The position numbers and the translations under genes are program-made. From positions 157,647 to 221,646 of the forward strand of contig JAKFYB010000018.1 of NCBI GenBank assembly GCA_021731085.1: a DNA stretch of 64,000 nt, given 5' to 3'. Each line of letters starts with the position of its first letter. Within the stretch, counting starts at the first letter, position 1. The notes below the pieces were generated by a model. That model worked only from the letters and a program-made list of their open reading frames with translations. It did not search any database and had not been told where the DNA came from. Of this stretch, positions 49,475-61,048 are shown piece by piece. Origin of the DNA: Dehalococcoidia bacterium (lineage in GTDB: Bacteria; Chloroflexota; Dehalococcoidia; DSTF01; JACRBR01).

Positions 49475-49945
49475 GTGATGAAGTGGCCTCAATCCAATCA
49501 ATGGAGGCTGCCCGTCCCGGATTGGGACTTGTGGTGGGCTTACCGAGTCGCGCGCGAAGATATGGGCCTCGCGCCGACGGAGGAAGTGCTGCGTCAAAGT
49601 GCTGCAACTTGGCGGCCAAAATCGAAGTTCGGGAACCGTTGGGGAGTGAAGGGATGGCTCGTACTCACGCCGACAAGACTTGTATTTGCCGAGGCGGGAC
49701 CTGTAAACCTTTTGCCTTGGGAGGCGGAGCGACGGCTAGTAGTTAACATTGGATTCCACGACATTGCAAAGGTGAGACTCGGCTGGCGATTCGCCGACAT
49801 GTTTCAGCAATGGCCCGCCGCGCGCGCTCTGGAAATAGTCCGCGCAAACGGCGACACCTTCAGAATCGTGCATCAAGGAGGAGCGAAGCAGTGGTCCCAC
49901 GACATCGCTTTGCGGTTGACGACGCGCGTCCATCAGATTCCTTGA
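49475..49945 (+). CDS. Hypothetical protein with a bacterial PH-like (bPH/GRAM-like) fold. Divergent from lexA, in a lower-GC patch.
   Basis: GWLVLTPTRLVFAE resembles the bPH domain core. No other motif. Confidence 0.45.
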   Translation: MMKWPQSNQWRLPVPDWDLWWAYRVAREDMGLAPTEEVLRQSAATWRPKSKFGNRWGVKGWLVLTPTRLVFAEAGPVNLLPWEAERRLVVNIGFHDIAKVRLGWRFADMFQQWPAARALEIVRANGDTFRIVHQGGAKQWSHDIALRLTTRVHQIP

Positions 49946-50245
49946 CACCTTAGCGATCCCCCGATACGATTCTGCTGTTGCGCGTGGCGACCGGCCGCGC
50001 GTTTTGTAACGCCAGATTCACAAACAGGTCGGAAGACCCCAAAGTGACAACCGCCGACACTGTTCGAAGCGCGAACGTCGGTCTGGCTCAGTAATAAGGC
50101 TTACCGGCCTTTCGTGTGCCCGCGAAATCGGGCGCAGCCGCCGAATCTGCGCAGATTCAACCGGCAAGGCAGTGCAGGGCGCGGTCCTTTCTCGGAAGGA
50201 TGCTCCCGTTCGGACGCGTAGCGCGTCCTATGAAGGAGAGTCGGC

Positions 50246-50656
50246 GTGCCGACGATCAGTCAACTCGTTCGCAAGGGACGCAAAAAGTCCATTAAGAAGA
50301 CGAAGGCGCCCGCCCTTCGCTTCAGCTTCAACTCGCTGAAGAACCGCACCGTGAAGGGCAAGGGCAACCCGCAGAAGCGCGGCGTCTGCACCCAGGTCCG
50401 GACGATGACGCCCAAGAAGCCGAACTCCGCTCTGCGTAAGATTGCGCGCGTGCGCCTCACGAACCACATCGAGGTCACGGCGTATATCCCGGGCGAGGGT
50501 CACTCGCTGCAAGAGCACTCCGTCGTCCTCATCCGCGGCGGCCGTGTGAAGGACCTGCCGGGCGTTCGCTATCACATCATCCGTGGCGCGCTCGACGCGC
50601 AGGGTGTCGCCAACCGCAAGCGCGGCCGCAGCAAGTACGGCACGCGAAAGGCTTAA
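50246..50656 (+). CDS. rpsL: 30S ribosomal protein S12.
   Basis: GTG start with GAAGGAGAG RBS. Highly conserved sequence ([11 protein letters not shown]...PNSALRK). Confidence 0.95.
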   Translation: MPTISQLVRKGRKKSIKKTKAPALRFSFNSLKNRTVKGKGNPQKRGVCTQVRTMTPKKPNSALRKIARVRLTNHIEVTAYIPGEGHSLQEHSVVLIRGGRVKDLPGVRYHIIRGALDAQGVANRKRGRSKYGTRKA

Positions 50657-50665
50657 GGGAACGAC

Positions 50666-51136
50666 ATGCCTCGACGAGCACGCAAGTTCAAGCGCGAAGT
50701 CCTGCCGGACATGAAGTACGGCAGCCGCAATGTCACCATGTTCATGAACAAGGTGATGGAGCGCGGCAAGAAGAGCACCGCAGAGCGCATCGTCTACGAC
50801 GCGCTCGCTAAAATCGAGCAGAACACCAGCCGTCCCGCGCTCGACACGTTCGACCAGGCGCTCCGCAACGTGACCCCGACGATCGAAGTGAAGCCACGAC
50901 GAGTCGGCGGCGCGACATACCAGGTGCCCGTGGATATTCGCGCGGAGCGGCGTCTCGCTCTGGCCATTCGTTGGCTGTTGAACTCCGCACGATCCCGCGG
51001 TGGCCGCTCGATGTCCGAGCGCCTCGCGGCAGAACTGCAAGAAGCGGCGACCGGTCAGGGCGCAGCGATCAAGAAGCGCGAAGACACGCACCGTATGGCC
51101 GAAGCCAATCGCGCCTTCGTCCATTATCGGTGGTAG
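50666..51136 (+). CDS. rpsG: 30S ribosomal protein S7.
   Basis: Conserved S7 sequence. Confidence 0.95.
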   Translation: MPRRARKFKREVLPDMKYGSRNVTMFMNKVMERGKKSTAERIVYDALAKIEQNTSRPALDTFDQALRNVTPTIEVKPRRVGGATYQVPVDIRAERRLALAIRWLLNSARSRGGRSMSERLAAELQEAATGQGAAIKKREDTHRMAEANRAFVHYRW

Positions 51137-51270
51137 CACAGGGAGTTAGCGCCGCTTTCGAGCGGTTCGCCGCCGGCGATACACAAATCACCGGCGGCTA
51201 GTCATGCCAGAAGAATGAGAACGTAGAGACGAAGCTTCGGCTCCGTCACGCGGACACAGACGAAAGAACA

Positions 51271-53388
51271 ATGGCGAGAACGATACCAATCGAGCGCATC
51301 CGGAACATCGGAATCATTGCCCACATTGATGCGGGTAAGACGACGGTGACCGAGCGCATCCTCTACTACACAGGCCGCACCTACAAGATCGGTGAGGTTC
51401 ATGAGGGCACGGCCGTCATGGACTGGATGGAGCAGGAGCAAGAGCGCGGGATCACGATCACCGCCGCCGCCACGACGGCCGAGTGGAAAGACCACCAGAT
51501 CAATATCATCGACACACCCGGCCACGTCGACTTCACGGTCGAGGTCGAGCGTAGCCTGCGTGTGCTCGATGGTGGCGTTGTCGTGTTTGATGCCGTCGCC
51601 GGTGTGGAGCCGCAGTCTGAAACCGTCTGGCGCCAGGCAGACAAGTACAAGGTTCCCCGCATTTGTTTCGTGAACAAGATGGACCGCATCGGTGCCGACT
51701 TCTGGCGCACCGTCGAGATGATCGCCGACCGCCTCGGCGCGAAACCCATCCCTGTACAGATTCCGATGGGTGCCGAGGCCGATTTCGCCGGAGTCATCGA
51801 CCTCGTCGAAATGGTCGCCTACACCTTCACCGGCGAGCGTGATGATGCTCCTGTGAAGGTCGCGATCCCCGAACAGTACGCGGCCGAAGCCGCGAAGTGG
51901 CACGACAAGATGATCGAGTCGATCGGCGAGGTCGACGAGCAGACGATGATCAGCTTCATCGAAGGTCACAAGTTGACCGAACACGAGATTCAGGCTGCGC
52001 TGCGACGCGTTACTGTCGACTCCCCGGTTCATCCGGATCACCCGACGACAACGCCCGTATTCTGCGGCAGCGCCCTCAAGAACAAGGGAGTGCAACTCCT
52101 CCTCGACGCAGTCATCGAATTCCTCCCGTCGCCTGACGACGTACCACCCGTCATCGCCATCGACCCCAAGACACTCGAAGAAGTGGCTCGCGCGCCACGG
52201 GACGACGAACCCTTCGCAGCGCTCGCCTTCAAGATCGTCGCCGACCCGCATCTCGGACGTCTCTGCTACTTCCGCGTCTACAGCGGCACGCTCACGGCGG
52301 GATCCCAGGTCTACAACTCGACACGCGAAAAGAACGAGCGCGTCAGCCGCGTGATGCAGATGCACGCAAACAGCCGCGAAGACGTCGCTGAAGTCGGCGC
52401 CGGCGGCATCGCAGCCATGGGACTCAAAATCACGACGACGGGCGACACGCTGTGCGACGCAAAGGCGCCCGTGCTGCTCGAGTCGATCACCTTCCCCGAG
52501 CCCGTCGTCCACATCTCCGTGGAGCCGCGGACGAAGGATGACCACGACCGCATGGGCGAGGCGCTCGTCAAACTCTCTGAGGAAGACCCATCCTTCCGCA
52601 TGCGCTTCGACCCGGAGACCGGCCAGACCATCATCTCCGGCATGGGCGAACTGCACCTCGATGTAATCGTCGACCGCATGAAGCGCGAATACAAGGTTGA
52701 AGCCAACGTCGGCAAGCCCGAGGTCGCATACAAGGAAGCCATTCGCCGCACCGCAAAAGCCGAAGGGCGATTCGTACGCCAGTCCGGTGGTCGCGGCCAG
52801 TTCGGTGTCGCCCGAGTTGAGATCGAACCGCTCGAGCGCGGCGCAGGATTCGAGTTCGTCGACAAGGTTGTCGGTGGCGAGATCCCACGCGAGTTCATCG
52901 GCCCTGTCGAGCAAGGCGTAAAAGGCGCGATCGAAAGCGGTATCCTCGGCGGCTACCCCGTCATTGACGTCCGCGTCACGCTGATCGGCGGCGACTATCA
53001 CGACGTTGACTCCAGCGAAATGGCGTTCAAGACGGCTGGCTCAATGGCGTTTCAAGCAGCGATGGAAAAGGCCGACCCCGTGCTCGTCGAGCCTGTCATG
53101 AAGGTCGAGATCAGCACGCCTGAGGAATACTTCGGCGACGTGCTGGGCGATGTCTCGAAGCGTCGCGGTGAAGTGCAGGACTCGGAAGAGCGCGCCGGTC
53201 TGAAAGTTGTGCGCGCGTTCATCCCGCTGGCAACGACCTTCGGGTATGCTACGGACTTGCGCTCAATGACCAAGGGTCGTGCCAGTTACAGCATGGAGTT
53301 CGACCACTTCGACGAAGTGCCACGCAACGAAGCAGAGAAGATCATCGGATTGCGCGGCAAGCGCGTCATCCGCGCGGGCGTGAACTAG
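51271..53388 (+). CDS. fusA: Elongation factor G.
   Basis: G domain [21 protein letters not shown]. 705 aa. Confidence 0.95.
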   Translation: MARTIPIERIRNIGIIAHIDAGKTTVTERILYYTGRTYKIGEVHEGTAVMDWMEQEQERGITITAAATTAEWKDHQINIIDTPGHVDFTVEVERSLRVLDGGVVVFDAVAGVEPQSETVWRQADKYKVPRICFVNKMDRIGADFWRTVEMIADRLGAKPIPVQIPMGAEADFAGVIDLVEMVAYTFTGERDDAPVKVAIPEQYAAEAAKWHDKMIESIGEVDEQTMISFIEGHKLTEHEIQAALRRVTVDSPVHPDHPTTTPVFCGSALKNKGVQLLLDAVIEFLPSPDDVPPVIAIDPKTLEEVARAPRDDEPFAALAFKIVADPHLGRLCYFRVYSGTLTAGSQVYNSTREKNERVSRVMQMHANSREDVAEVGAGGIAAMGLKITTTGDTLCDAKAPVLLESITFPEPVVHISVEPRTKDDHDRMGEALVKLSEEDPSFRMRFDPETGQTIISGMGELHLDVIVDRMKREYKVEANVGKPEVAYKEAIRRTAKAEGRFVRQSGGRGQFGVARVEIEPLERGAGFEFVDKVVGGEIPREFIGPVEQGVKGAIESGILGGYPVIDVRVTLIGGDYHDVDSSEMAFKTAGSMAFQAAMEKADPVLVEPVMKVEISTPEEYFGDVLGDVSKRRGEVQDSEERAGLKVVRAFIPLATTFGYATDLRSMTKGRASYSMEFDHFDEVPRNEAEKIIGLRGKRVIRAGVN

Positions 53389-53393
53389 AAATT

Positions 53394-53421
53394 TGTAGGG
53401 GGCGCAGCCTGCTGCGCCCGC
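53394..53421 (+). repeat. TGTAG-hairpin element (REP-like family 1) after fusA: TGTAGGGGGCGCAGC-CTGC-TGCGCCCGC. Probably doubles as a terminator or attenuator.
   Basis: GC-rich hairpin beginning with TGTAG. Related copies at 4476, 35605, 53781, 60925 and 60968. Confidence 0.6.
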
Positions 53422-53458
53422 AAAGAGGCGGTGCAAACCGCCGAAGAAAGCAGTCGAT

Positions 53459-53767
53459 ATGGCAAGGCAGAAGATTCGGATCCGGCTTAAGGCGTTCGAC
53501 CACCGCATCCTCGACCAGTCTGCAGAGCAGATAGTCGAGGCCGCCGAACGCACAGGCGCGGCCGTCGCCGGTCCCGTCCCTCTGCCTACCGAGATCAAGA
53601 AGTTCTGCGTGATTCGCTCGCCGTTCATCGACAAGAATTCGCAGGAGCAGTTCGAAATTCGCACGCACAAACGGCTCATCGACATTCTCGAGCCGACATC
53701 GAAGACCGTAGACACACTGATGCGTCTGCAGCTCGCATCGGGCGTCGACATCGAAATCAAGCTGTAA
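53459..53767 (+). CDS. rpsJ: 30S ribosomal protein S10.
   Basis: Conserved S10 sequence. Follows fusA directly, with no tuf between them. Confidence 0.95.
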   Translation: MARQKIRIRLKAFDHRILDQSAEQIVEAAERTGAAVAGPVPLPTEIKKFCVIRSPFIDKNSQEQFEIRTHKRLIDILEPTSKTVDTLMRLQLASGVDIEIKL

Positions 53768-53780
53768 ACAAAGCACGATG

Positions 53781-53808
53781 TGTAGGGGCGCCGCTTGCCG
53801 CGCCCGCC
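53781..53808 (+). repeat. TGTAG-hairpin element (REP-like family 1) between rpsJ and rplC: TGTAGGGGCGCCGC-TTGC-CGCGCCCGCC.
   Basis: Seen in the sequence. Lies in a 56-nt rpsJ-rplC spacer. Confidence 0.6.
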
Positions 53809-53823
53809 AGAAAGAACGAAACC

Positions 53824-54471
53824 ATGGCGCTTGAAGGTCTTATCGGTAAGAAGCTGGGCATGACCCAGATCTTCGACGACCGCGGCGTCGTGCACTCCGT
53901 CACCGTCGTCGAAGCCGGCCCGGTCACGGTCACACAGATCAAGACCGCGACGAAGGAAGGCTACGACGCCGTCCAGGTCGCCTACGGAGAAAAGAAGAAG
54001 CCCAACAAGCCGATGCGCGGCCACTTCAAGAAGCTCGGCGACTTCCGCATGCTGAAGGAGTTCAAGACGCTCGATGGCGTCGAGTACGCGATTGGCGACA
54101 AGGTCGGTCTCGAGATTTTCAGTGAAGGCGACCTCGTCGACGTGCAGGGCACGTCGCGCGGCCGCGGATTCGCCGGCGGTGTGCGCCTCCACCACTTCCG
54201 TGGTGGCCCGAAGACGCACGGTCAGTCCGACCGCCACCGCGCACCCGGATCGATCGGCGCAGGCACGACGCCCGGACGTGTGCTCAAGGGCCAGAAGATG
54301 GCGGCCCACATGGGCTCCGAGTACGTGACGGCGAAGAACCTCAAGGTGCTCGCCAAAGACGAAGCGAAGGGACTGCTCCTGCTCGAAGGTGCCGTTCCCG
54401 GTGCAACAAACGGAACGGTGACGGTGTACGTCGCGCAGAAGCAGCGCAAGATCGCAAAGAAGAAGAAGTAG
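53824..54471 (+). CDS. rplC: 50S ribosomal protein L3.
   Basis: Conserved L3 sequence. Confidence 0.95.
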   Translation: MALEGLIGKKLGMTQIFDDRGVVHSVTVVEAGPVTVTQIKTATKEGYDAVQVAYGEKKKPNKPMRGHFKKLGDFRMLKEFKTLDGVEYAIGDKVGLEIFSEGDLVDVQGTSRGRGFAGGVRLHHFRGGPKTHGQSDRHRAPGSIGAGTTPGRVLKGQKMAAHMGSEYVTAKNLKVLAKDEAKGLLLLEGAVPGATNGTVTVYVAQKQRKIAKKKK

Positions 54472-54524
54472 GACGGCGGCGCGCCAAGTGTGCCGTCGCA
54501 CACGTCGCCCAACGGAATAGAAAT

Positions 54525-55184
54525 ATGAAGCTCGCAGTACACGACGCAACTGGCAAGGAGATCGAGACGATCGATGTTGATGACGCCGTCTTCGGCATCA
54601 TCCCCAACGAGCCCGTCGTCCATCAGGCGCTCGTCGCTACGCTCGCCAACAAGCGCGCCGGCACCGCCTCGACCAAGACTCGAGGCGAGGTCGCTGGTTC
54701 AACACGCAAGATTCGAAAGCAGAAGGGCGGCGGTACGTCGCGCCAGGGTGATATCAAGGCGCCACAGCACCGCCACGGTGGCATCGCCCACGGCCCGCGG
54801 CCGCACGGCTTCGACAAGGACATGCCGAAAAAGATGCGCCGGCTCGCGATCCGCTCTGTGCTTTCGGCGAAGGTCGCTGATGGATCCCTCCGTGTCATCA
54901 ACGACATCAGCGTCGCCAAGCCCAGCACAAAAGAACTCACCGGTGTGATCAAGGCGCTCGGTTTCGAGCGTTCGGTGCTCGTCGTTACCGGCACACCGGA
55001 CGAAGTAGTCAAGCAGAGTCTGCGCAACATTCCGAAAGTTAGCCACGAGCCTGCGACGCACCTCAACGTCGGCGCAATGCTCGGAGCGCAGGGTCTGCTG
55101 ATGACGGTCGACGCGGTGCGCGGCGCCGAAGCCCTCTGGGGCGGCGAAAAAGCTGCGACGGTTCGCAAGAAGGCAGGTGCCTGA
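54525..55184 (+). CDS. rplD: 50S ribosomal protein L4.
   Basis: Conserved L4 sequence. Confidence 0.93.
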   Translation: MKLAVHDATGKEIETIDVDDAVFGIIPNEPVVHQALVATLANKRAGTASTKTRGEVAGSTRKIRKQKGGGTSRQGDIKAPQHRHGGIAHGPRPHGFDKDMPKKMRRLAIRSVLSAKVADGSLRVINDISVAKPSTKELTGVIKALGFERSVLVVTGTPDEVVKQSLRNIPKVSHEPATHLNVGAMLGAQGLLMTVDAVRGAEALWGGEKAATVRKKAGA

Positions 55185-55498
55185 TGCCAAAGCAACTAAA
55201 CGCCTTTGGAATCCTCTTGCGTCCGCTCATTACCGAGAAGGCGCAGATCCAGGCGAGCCCGCACATCGAGGGTGTCGCGCACAAGTACACATTCGAAGTC
55301 GACCAGCGCGCGAACAAGATGCAGATCAAGGACGCGGTCGAGGTCGCATTCAGCGTGCGCGTGAAGGAAGTCAACACGATGCTCGTCAAGGGAAAGCGCA
55401 AACGCTACGGCGCCGCGCTGACGAAGCGGCCCAACTGGAAGAAGGCCATCGTCACCCTCATGCCGGGCGAAAAAATCGAACTGTTTGAGGGCGTGTAG
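55184..55498 (+). CDS. rplW: 50S ribosomal protein L23.
   Basis: Conserved L23 sequence. ATGA overlap with rplD. Confidence 0.93.
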   Translation: MPKQLNAFGILLRPLITEKAQIQASPHIEGVAHKYTFEVDQRANKMQIKDAVEVAFSVRVKEVNTMLVKGKRKRYGAALTKRPNWKKAIVTLMPGEKIELFEGV

Positions 55499-55500
55499 CG

Positions 55501-56328
55501 ATGGCAATTAAGCAATTCAAGCCAACGTCCCCCGGCCGCCGCGGCAGCTCCGGCTTCACCTTCGACGAAATAACGAAGAAGAAGCCCGAGAAGCGCCTGC
55601 TCATCGCCAAGAAGAAGATGTCCGGCCGCAACGTGCACGGGCGCGTCACCGTGCGACACCGTGGCGGTGGTCACAAGCGCTTCATCCGCATCATCGACTT
55701 CAAGCGCGACAAGATCGGCGTGCCAGGCAAGGTTGCGGCGATTGAGTACGACCCCGGGCGCACGGCCCGCATCGCCCTTATCCACTACCGTGATGGCGAC
55801 AAGCGCTACATCATCGCGCCCGTCAACCTCAAGGTCGGCGAGATGATCCAGTCCGGCCCTGAATCCGAAGTGAAGGTCGGCAACGCGATGCCGCTGCAGA
55901 ACATGCCGAACGGCACCGTCATTCACAACGTCGAGCTGACGCCCGGCCGCGGCGCGCAGATCGTGCGTGGCGCCGGCACGTCGGCGCAGGTTATGGCGAA
56001 GGAAGGCGACTACGCGTTGTTGCGCCTGCCGTCCGGTGAAATGCGCCGCGTGCTCTCGCGCTGTATCGCCACCGTTGGACAGGTCGGCAACGTGGAAAAC
56101 AGTCTCATCAAGCTCGGCAAGGCCGGGCGCATCCGCCACCGCCGCCGCAGGCCGCAGGTGCGTGGCGTCGTCATGAACCCCGTCGACCACCCGCACGGTG
56201 GTGGTGAAGGTAAGGCGCCCATCGGAATGCCGAGTCCGAAGTCGCCGTGGGGCAAGCCCACCCTTGGCAAGCGCACACGCGGGAAGAAGCCGTCGGACAA
56301 GTTCATTGTGCGCCGGAGGAAGTCGTAA
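55501..56328 (+). CDS. rplB: 50S ribosomal protein L2.
   Basis: Conserved L2 sequence (HPHGGGEG). Confidence 0.95.
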   Translation: MAIKQFKPTSPGRRGSSGFTFDEITKKKPEKRLLIAKKKMSGRNVHGRVTVRHRGGGHKRFIRIIDFKRDKIGVPGKVAAIEYDPGRTARIALIHYRDGDKRYIIAPVNLKVGEMIQSGPESEVKVGNAMPLQNMPNGTVIHNVELTPGRGAQIVRGAGTSAQVMAKEGDYALLRLPSGEMRRVLSRCIATVGQVGNVENSLIKLGKAGRIRHRRRRPQVRGVVMNPVDHPHGGGEGKAPIGMPSPKSPWGKPTLGKRTRGKKPSDKFIVRRRKS

Positions 56329-56331
56329 GCG

Positions 56332-56622
56332 ATGTCACGATCAATCAAGAAGGGCCCGTTCGTCGAGCCAAAGCTCATGAAGAAGATCGAAGTCGTGCGC
56401 CGCACGAATGCGCGCACCGTCATCCGCACTTGGTCGCGCGCTTCGACCATCATGCCGGAGATGGTCGGCCTGACCATCGGCGTGCACGACGGCCGGCGTC
56501 ATGTGCCGATTTTCGTCTCGGAGAACATGGTTGGCCACAAGCTGGGAGAGTTCGCGCTCACGCGTCACTTCCGCGGCCACACAAGCAAGTCGGAGAAGGC
56601 AGCCAAGCAGGGCGGCCGATAG
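56332..56622 (+). CDS. rpsS: 30S ribosomal protein S19.
   Basis: Conserved S19 sequence. Confidence 0.95.
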   Translation: MSRSIKKGPFVEPKLMKKIEVVRRTNARTVIRTWSRASTIMPEMVGLTIGVHDGRRHVPIFVSENMVGHKLGEFALTRHFRGHTSKSEKAAKQGGR

Positions 56623-56664
56623 TCGCGAACGGCGCCGATGTTTGGCGCCGGGGTGAAAGAAACA

Positions 56665-57003
56665 ATGGAAGTTAGCGCAACCGCAAAGTATCTGCCCGTG
56701 TCGGCTCGCAAGATCCGGCTGGTTCTCGATCAGCTGCCGGGCAAGCGAATCGAGGAAGCCATGGTCATGCTGCGCTTCCTCCCGACACCGCACGCCCGCG
56801 AAGTCGCGAAGGTGCTGAAGTCCGCCGCCGCCAATGCCGAGAACAACTTTGCGATGGACCAGGACGACCTCAAGGTGAAGCGGGCGTACGCCGGTGAAGG
56901 GCGCACGTTGAAGCGCTTCCGCCCCAAGACGCGGGGACGCGTCGGCAAGAATTACCATCGAACGAGCCACATCACCGTGGTCGTCGAAGAAGTGGAGGCA
57001 TAG
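56665..57003 (+). CDS. rplV: 50S ribosomal protein L22.
   Basis: Conserved L22 sequence. Start at MEVSATAKY (the ORF is open from 56638). Confidence 0.9.
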   Translation: MEVSATAKYLPVSARKIRLVLDQLPGKRIEEAMVMLRFLPTPHAREVAKVLKSAAANAENNFAMDQDDLKVKRAYAGEGRTLKRFRPKTRGRVGKNYHRTSHITVVVEEVEA

Positions 57004-57004
57004 C

Positions 57005-57775
57005 GTGGGACACAAAGTACACCCGACGGGGTTCCGCGTCGGTGTCATCTACGACTGGCAGAGCAAGTGGTACGCCGACAAGAACTACGTCACGCAGCTC
57101 CATGAGGACATCGAGATCCGCAAGCGGATCATGGGCCAGGGCGGCGCCGACGCCGGTATCGCCAAGGTCGAGATCGAGCGGAACGTCAACGCGATGACGG
57201 TGACGATCCACACCGCGAAGCCCGGCATCGTCATTGGTCGCAGCGGTCAGAACGTCGACAACCTGCGCACCGAACTCGAGAAGAAGACGGGACACCGCGT
57301 CCGCATCAACATCAACGAGATTCGCACGCCGGAGCTCGACTCGCACCTGGTCGCGCGCAGCATCGCTGAGCAGCTTCAGCGCCGCGTCGCCTTCCGTCGC
57401 GCAATCAAGCAAGGCGTACAACGCACGATGCAGCGCGGCGCCAAGGGCATCAAGGTCACGGTCGCCGGCCGTCTCGGTGGTTCCGAGATGTCGCGCCGCG
57501 AAACCGAGAAGAACGGACGCATTCCGTTGCACACCCTTCGGGCCGACATCGACTTCGGCACGGCCGAAGCGCACACGACCTTCGGGCGCATCGGTGTGAA
57601 GGTCTGGATTTACAAGGGAGACATCATGCCCGAGCCTAAGCGGCCGCGGGCCGAGAACGACTTCTCGGGCATGACGCCGGAGCAGATCGCCGAAGCGCAG
57701 GGTCGCCCGGCGCTCCCGCGGCCTGCGCCAACAACATCACCAGCCGTCGACGAAGCAATGAGCGCGAGCGAATAA
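57005..57775 (+). CDS. rpsC: 30S ribosomal protein S3, with a Pro/Ala-rich C-terminal tail.
   Basis: GTG start. KH and S3-C domains. Confidence 0.95.
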   Translation: MGHKVHPTGFRVGVIYDWQSKWYADKNYVTQLHEDIEIRKRIMGQGGADAGIAKVEIERNVNAMTVTIHTAKPGIVIGRSGQNVDNLRTELEKKTGHRVRININEIRTPELDSHLVARSIAEQLQRRVAFRRAIKQGVQRTMQRGAKGIKVTVAGRLGGSEMSRRETEKNGRIPLHTLRADIDFGTAEAHTTFGRIGVKVWIYKGDIMPEPKRPRAENDFSGMTPEQIAEAQGRPALPRPAPTTSPAVDEAMSASE

Positions 57776-57778
57776 GAA

Positions 57779-58198
57779 ATGCTGCAACCAAAGCGCGTGA
57801 AGTTCAGGAAGCACCACCGCGGCAAGCGCCGAGGCAATGCCCAGACGGGTAACCAGATCTCGTTTGGTGAGTTCGGGCTGCAGGCCGTTGGCCGCGCCTG
57901 GATCAACAGCCGCCAGATTGAGGCTGCCCGCCGCGCGATCACGCACGAACTGAAGCGTGGTGGCAAAGTGTGGATTCGCATCTTCCCGGACAAGCCGGTG
58001 ACCGCGAAGCCCGCCGAAACACGCATGGGTTCCGGTAAGGGCGCGCCTGACCACTGGGTCGCCGTCGTCAAGCCCGGTCGCATGCTGTTTGAAGTCGCCG
58101 GCGTGAAGGAAGATCTCGCTCGTGAGGCCCTCCGGCTCGCGTCCCACAAGCTGCCGATCGAGACGCGGACGGTCATCAAGGAACAAGAAGGTATCTAA
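57779..58198 (+). CDS. rplP: 50S ribosomal protein L16.
   Basis: Conserved L16 sequence. Confidence 0.95.
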   Translation: MLQPKRVKFRKHHRGKRRGNAQTGNQISFGEFGLQAVGRAWINSRQIEAARRAITHELKRGGKVWIRIFPDKPVTAKPAETRMGSGKGAPDHWVAVVKPGRMLFEVAGVKEDLAREALRLASHKLPIETRTVIKEQEGI

Positions 58199-58199
58199 G

Positions 58200-58439
58200 A
58201 TGGCAAACCGCAAGACCAAGGAGTTCGCAGAGGAACTGCGCGCGATGAACGACGAGAAGCTGACAGCGGAGCTGGGCGAGGCGTACAAGCGCCTCTTCAC
58301 ACTGCGCCTGCAACTCACCACGCGCCAGCAGGCGAACACGTCCGAGACCGCAAAGGCGCGGCGCCAGATCGCCCGCATTCGGACCATTCAGCGAGAACGT
58401 CAATTGGCCGAGGCGCTCGGCGTGGCCTCGGGAAGGTAA
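58200..58439 (+). CDS. rpmC: 50S ribosomal protein L29.
   Basis: Conserved L29 sequence. ATG at 58200 (the ORF is open from 58122 inside rplP). Confidence 0.9.
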   Translation: MANRKTKEFAEELRAMNDEKLTAELGEAYKRLFTLRLQLTTRQQANTSETAKARRQIARIRTIQRERQLAEALGVASGR

Positions 58440-58443
58440 GAGT

Positions 58444-58968
58444 ATGAGTACGCTCGAAAAGCTGCAGCTGGGCGTTGTCGTCAGCACGAAGATGGATAAG
58501 ACCGTCGTCGTGCGAGTCGACCGCAGCAAGCGGCACCGCCTCTACGGCAAGACGATCCACACGTCGGAGCGCTACAAGGCCCACGACGAAACCAACGAGT
58601 GCAACCTCGGCGATGTTGTGCGCATCTCGGAGACCCGCCCGCTCTCGCGCGACAAGCGCTGGCGCGTGGTCGAGGTCGTGCAGAAGGGCGATGTCGCCGA
58701 AGTCGCGCCGACCGAAGTCGGTGTGTCGCAGCTCCAGGAGCTTGAGGCCACGCAGGCCGCCGAAGCAGCCCGCCGAGCCGAGGAAGAGCGCAAACAGGCC
58801 GCCGCGCGCGCAGAGGCCGCAGCCGCCGAAGCAGAAGCAAAGGCCGCCGCAGCGCCCGCTGAAGACGAAGCACAGGCCGAAGCTGAAGAAGTTCCCGTGG
58901 CCGAAACCGAAGCGCCTGGTGCCGACGAGGCACCCGCCGACGAGACCACTGAGGAGGAGAAGTCGTGA
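58444..58968 (+). CDS. rpsQ: 30S ribosomal protein S17, with a ~90-aa Ala/Glu-rich C-terminal extension.
   Basis: Conserved S17 core over residues 1-83. The tail is [31 protein letters not shown]...TTEEEKS. Confidence 0.88.
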   Translation: MSTLEKLQLGVVVSTKMDKTVVVRVDRSKRHRLYGKTIHTSERYKAHDETNECNLGDVVRISETRPLSRDKRWRVVEVVQKGDVAEVAPTEVGVSQLQELEATQAAEAARRAEEERKQAAARAEAAAAEAEAKAAAAPAEDEAQAEAEEVPVAETEAPGADEAPADETTEEEKS

Positions 58969-59333
58969 TCCAGATGTACACGCGGCTCAAGGTCGCAGAC
59001 AACTCTGGCGCGCGCTCCCTCATGTGCATCACGGTGCTCGGTGGTACGCGACGCCGCTACGCCAGCGTTGGCGACACGATCGTCTGCTCCGTGAAGCAGG
59101 CGCAGCCTGGTGGTGGCGTGAAGAAGGGCGAGGTCGTAAAGGCCGTCGTCGTGCGCGTCGCTAAGCCGTACGGGCGCCCCGATGGTTCGTACATCCGCTT
59201 CGACGAGAACGCAGCCGTTGTCCTCTCCGACAAGCAGAACCCGAAGGGCACACGCATCTTCGGTCCGGTCGCCCGCGAACTGCGAGACCGCAACTTCATG
59301 AAGATCGTCTCGCTCGCGCCGGAGGTGGTCTAG
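58965..59333 (+). CDS. rplN: 50S ribosomal protein L14.
   Basis: Conserved L14 sequence. GTG start overlapping the rpsQ stop. Confidence 0.95.
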   Translation: MIQMYTRLKVADNSGARSLMCITVLGGTRRRYASVGDTIVCSVKQAQPGGGVKKGEVVKAVVVRVAKPYGRPDGSYIRFDENAAVVLSDKQNPKGTRIFGPVARELRDRNFMKIVSLAPEVV

Positions 59334-59335
59334 CC

Positions 59336-59689
59336 ATGCGAAAGATCAAGAAGGACGACACCGTGCTGGTGCTTGCCGGTAAAGACCGCGGCAAGACCGG
59401 CGTCGTGCGCGCCATCACCGGCGGCGGAGACCTCGTGAAGGTGAAGGGCCACCGCCCGAAGGTCACCGAGGACAAGGCCTTTGTCACGAACCTCAACATG
59501 GTGAAGCGCCACCTGCCACAGCGCCCCGGCGTTGCCCAGGCCGGCATCATCGAAAAGGAAATGCCGATGCCGCTCGGCAAGCTCCAGCTCATTTGTAAGA
59601 GCTGCAGCAAGGCGACACGCGTTGGCTTCGTCGTCCGCGCGGACGGTAAGCACCGGGTGTGCCGCAAGTGCGGTCAGGACATCGACTAA
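59336..59689 (+). CDS. rplX: 50S ribosomal protein L24, with a C-terminal CxxC...CxxC zinc-ribbon extension.
   Basis: KOW domain N-terminus. Tail [32 protein letters not shown]. Confidence 0.9.
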   Translation: MRKIKKDDTVLVLAGKDRGKTGVVRAITGGGDLVKVKGHRPKVTEDKAFVTNLNMVKRHLPQRPGVAQAGIIEKEMPMPLGKLQLICKSCSKATRVGFVVRADGKHRVCRKCGQDID

Positions 59690-60249
59690 TGGCAACTGCA
59701 GAACCACGACTCAAAGAACGCTACAAGAGCGAAATCGCGCCCGAAATGATGAAGCAGTTCAGCTATTGCAACGTCATGCAGGTTCCACGCGTCGAGAAGG
59801 TCACGATCAACATCGGCCTCGGCGAGGCCAAAGAGAACGCACGTGCGGTCGAATCCGCGACCGCCGACGTCGCGACCATCGCGGGCCAGAAGCCAATTGT
59901 CACGCGCGCCAAGAAGGCCATCGCGAACTTCAAGATCCGTGAAAACATGCCAATCGGTGTCGCTGTGACGCTGCGCGGCCAGCGCATGTACGAGTTTTTA
60001 GACCGCCTCATCAACGCAGCCCTTCCGCGTATCCGTGACTTTCACGGCGTGCCCACGAAGGCGTTCGATGGCCGCGGCAACTTCGCACTCGGTGTGCGCG
60101 AGCAGCTCATCTTTCCGGAGATCGACTACGACAAGGTCGACAAGATTCGCGGTATGCAGATCAACATCATCACCACCGCACGCAACGACGAAGAAGGCCG
60201 GCGGCTCCTCGAACTGATGGGCATGCCGTTCTCGAAGGAAAGGCAGTAA
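59689..60249 (+). CDS. rplE: 50S ribosomal protein L5.
   Basis: Conserved L5 sequence. ATG overlaps the rplX stop (TAATG). Confidence 0.93.
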   Translation: MATAEPRLKERYKSEIAPEMMKQFSYCNVMQVPRVEKVTINIGLGEAKENARAVESATADVATIAGQKPIVTRAKKAIANFKIRENMPIGVAVTLRGQRMYEFLDRLINAALPRIRDFHGVPTKAFDGRGNFALGVREQLIFPEIDYDKVDKIRGMQINIITTARNDEEGRRLLELMGMPFSKERQ

Positions 60250-60252
60250 GCC

Positions 60253-60438
60253 ATGGCGAAAATCTCCATGATCGTCAAGGCCAACCGCGAGCCGAAGTAC
60301 TCGACGCGCAAGGTCAATCGCTGCAAGCTGTGCGGCCGTCCGCGTGCCTACATCCGGCACTTCGCGCTCTGCCGCATCTGTTTCCGCGAGCTCGCCCTCA
60401 AGGGCCAGCTTCCCGGAGTGAAGAAGTCAAGCTGGTAA
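60253..60438 (+). CDS. rpsN: 30S ribosomal protein S14 type Z (zinc-binding, 61 aa).
   Basis: CKLCGRP...CRICFRE C4 motif. Confidence 0.93.
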   Translation: MAKISMIVKANREPKYSTRKVNRCKLCGRPRAYIRHFALCRICFRELALKGQLPGVKKSSW

Positions 60439-60514
60439 TCATGAGCCGCCCGGCGCGGCCCTTCCCGAAGCTCGTCGCAAGGCGAAAGCACGGGAGCATA
60501 AGGAGGCGAGAGCC

Positions 60515-60913
60515 TTGAGTATGACGGACCCCATAGCTGACATGCTGACGCGGCTGCGTAACGCCGTGACGGCGAAGCACGAGCAAGTGACGATCCCGTC
60601 ATCCAAGCTCAAGATCGCGATCGCTGATGTGCTCAAGCGCGAAGGCTTTATCCGCACCTACGATCTCGTAGAAGAAGGCCCCCGCAAGCTGATGCGTGTG
60701 CAGCTGAACTACACCGGCAAGAAGGAGCCCGTCTTGAACGGACTCCAGCGGGTCAGCAAGCCCGGCCTGCGCGTGTACGTCCAGAAGCGCGAAATCCCGC
60801 GAGTCTACGGTGGCCTGGGGATCGCAATCCTCTCTACGCCCCAGGGCGTGATGACCGGCCAGGACGCCTGGCGCCGCAGCATCGGTGGTGAAGTAATCTG
60901 CTACGTCTGGTAG
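60515..60913 (+). CDS. rpsH: 30S ribosomal protein S8.
   Basis: Conserved S8 sequence ([14 protein letters not shown]). Confidence 0.95.
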   Translation: MSMTDPIADMLTRLRNAVTAKHEQVTIPSSKLKIAIADVLKREGFIRTYDLVEEGPRKLMRVQLNYTGKKEPVLNGLQRVSKPGLRVYVQKREIPRVYGGLGIAILSTPQGVMTGQDAWRRSIGGEVICYVW

Positions 60914-60924
60914 CACGCTGCACC

Positions 60925-60994
60925 TGTAGCGCGGGCCTTCAGCCCGCGAGTGCGGCGAGAGTGTAGATGTAGCGCGGGCCTTCAGCCCGCGCGG
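60925..60994 (+). repeat. Two tandem TGTAG-hairpin elements (TGTAGCGCGGGCCTTCAGCCCGCG x2, REP-like family 1) in an unusually long 135-bp rpsH-rplF spacer.
   Basis: Near-identical 24-bp units at 60925-60950 and 60968-60994, each forming a GCGGGC/GCCCGC hairpin. Confidence 0.8.
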
Positions 60995-61048
60995 ATATGA
61001 CGAGATGAGCGGTCCGCGAGTGGATCGAACAGTCAAGAGGACGAAGAA

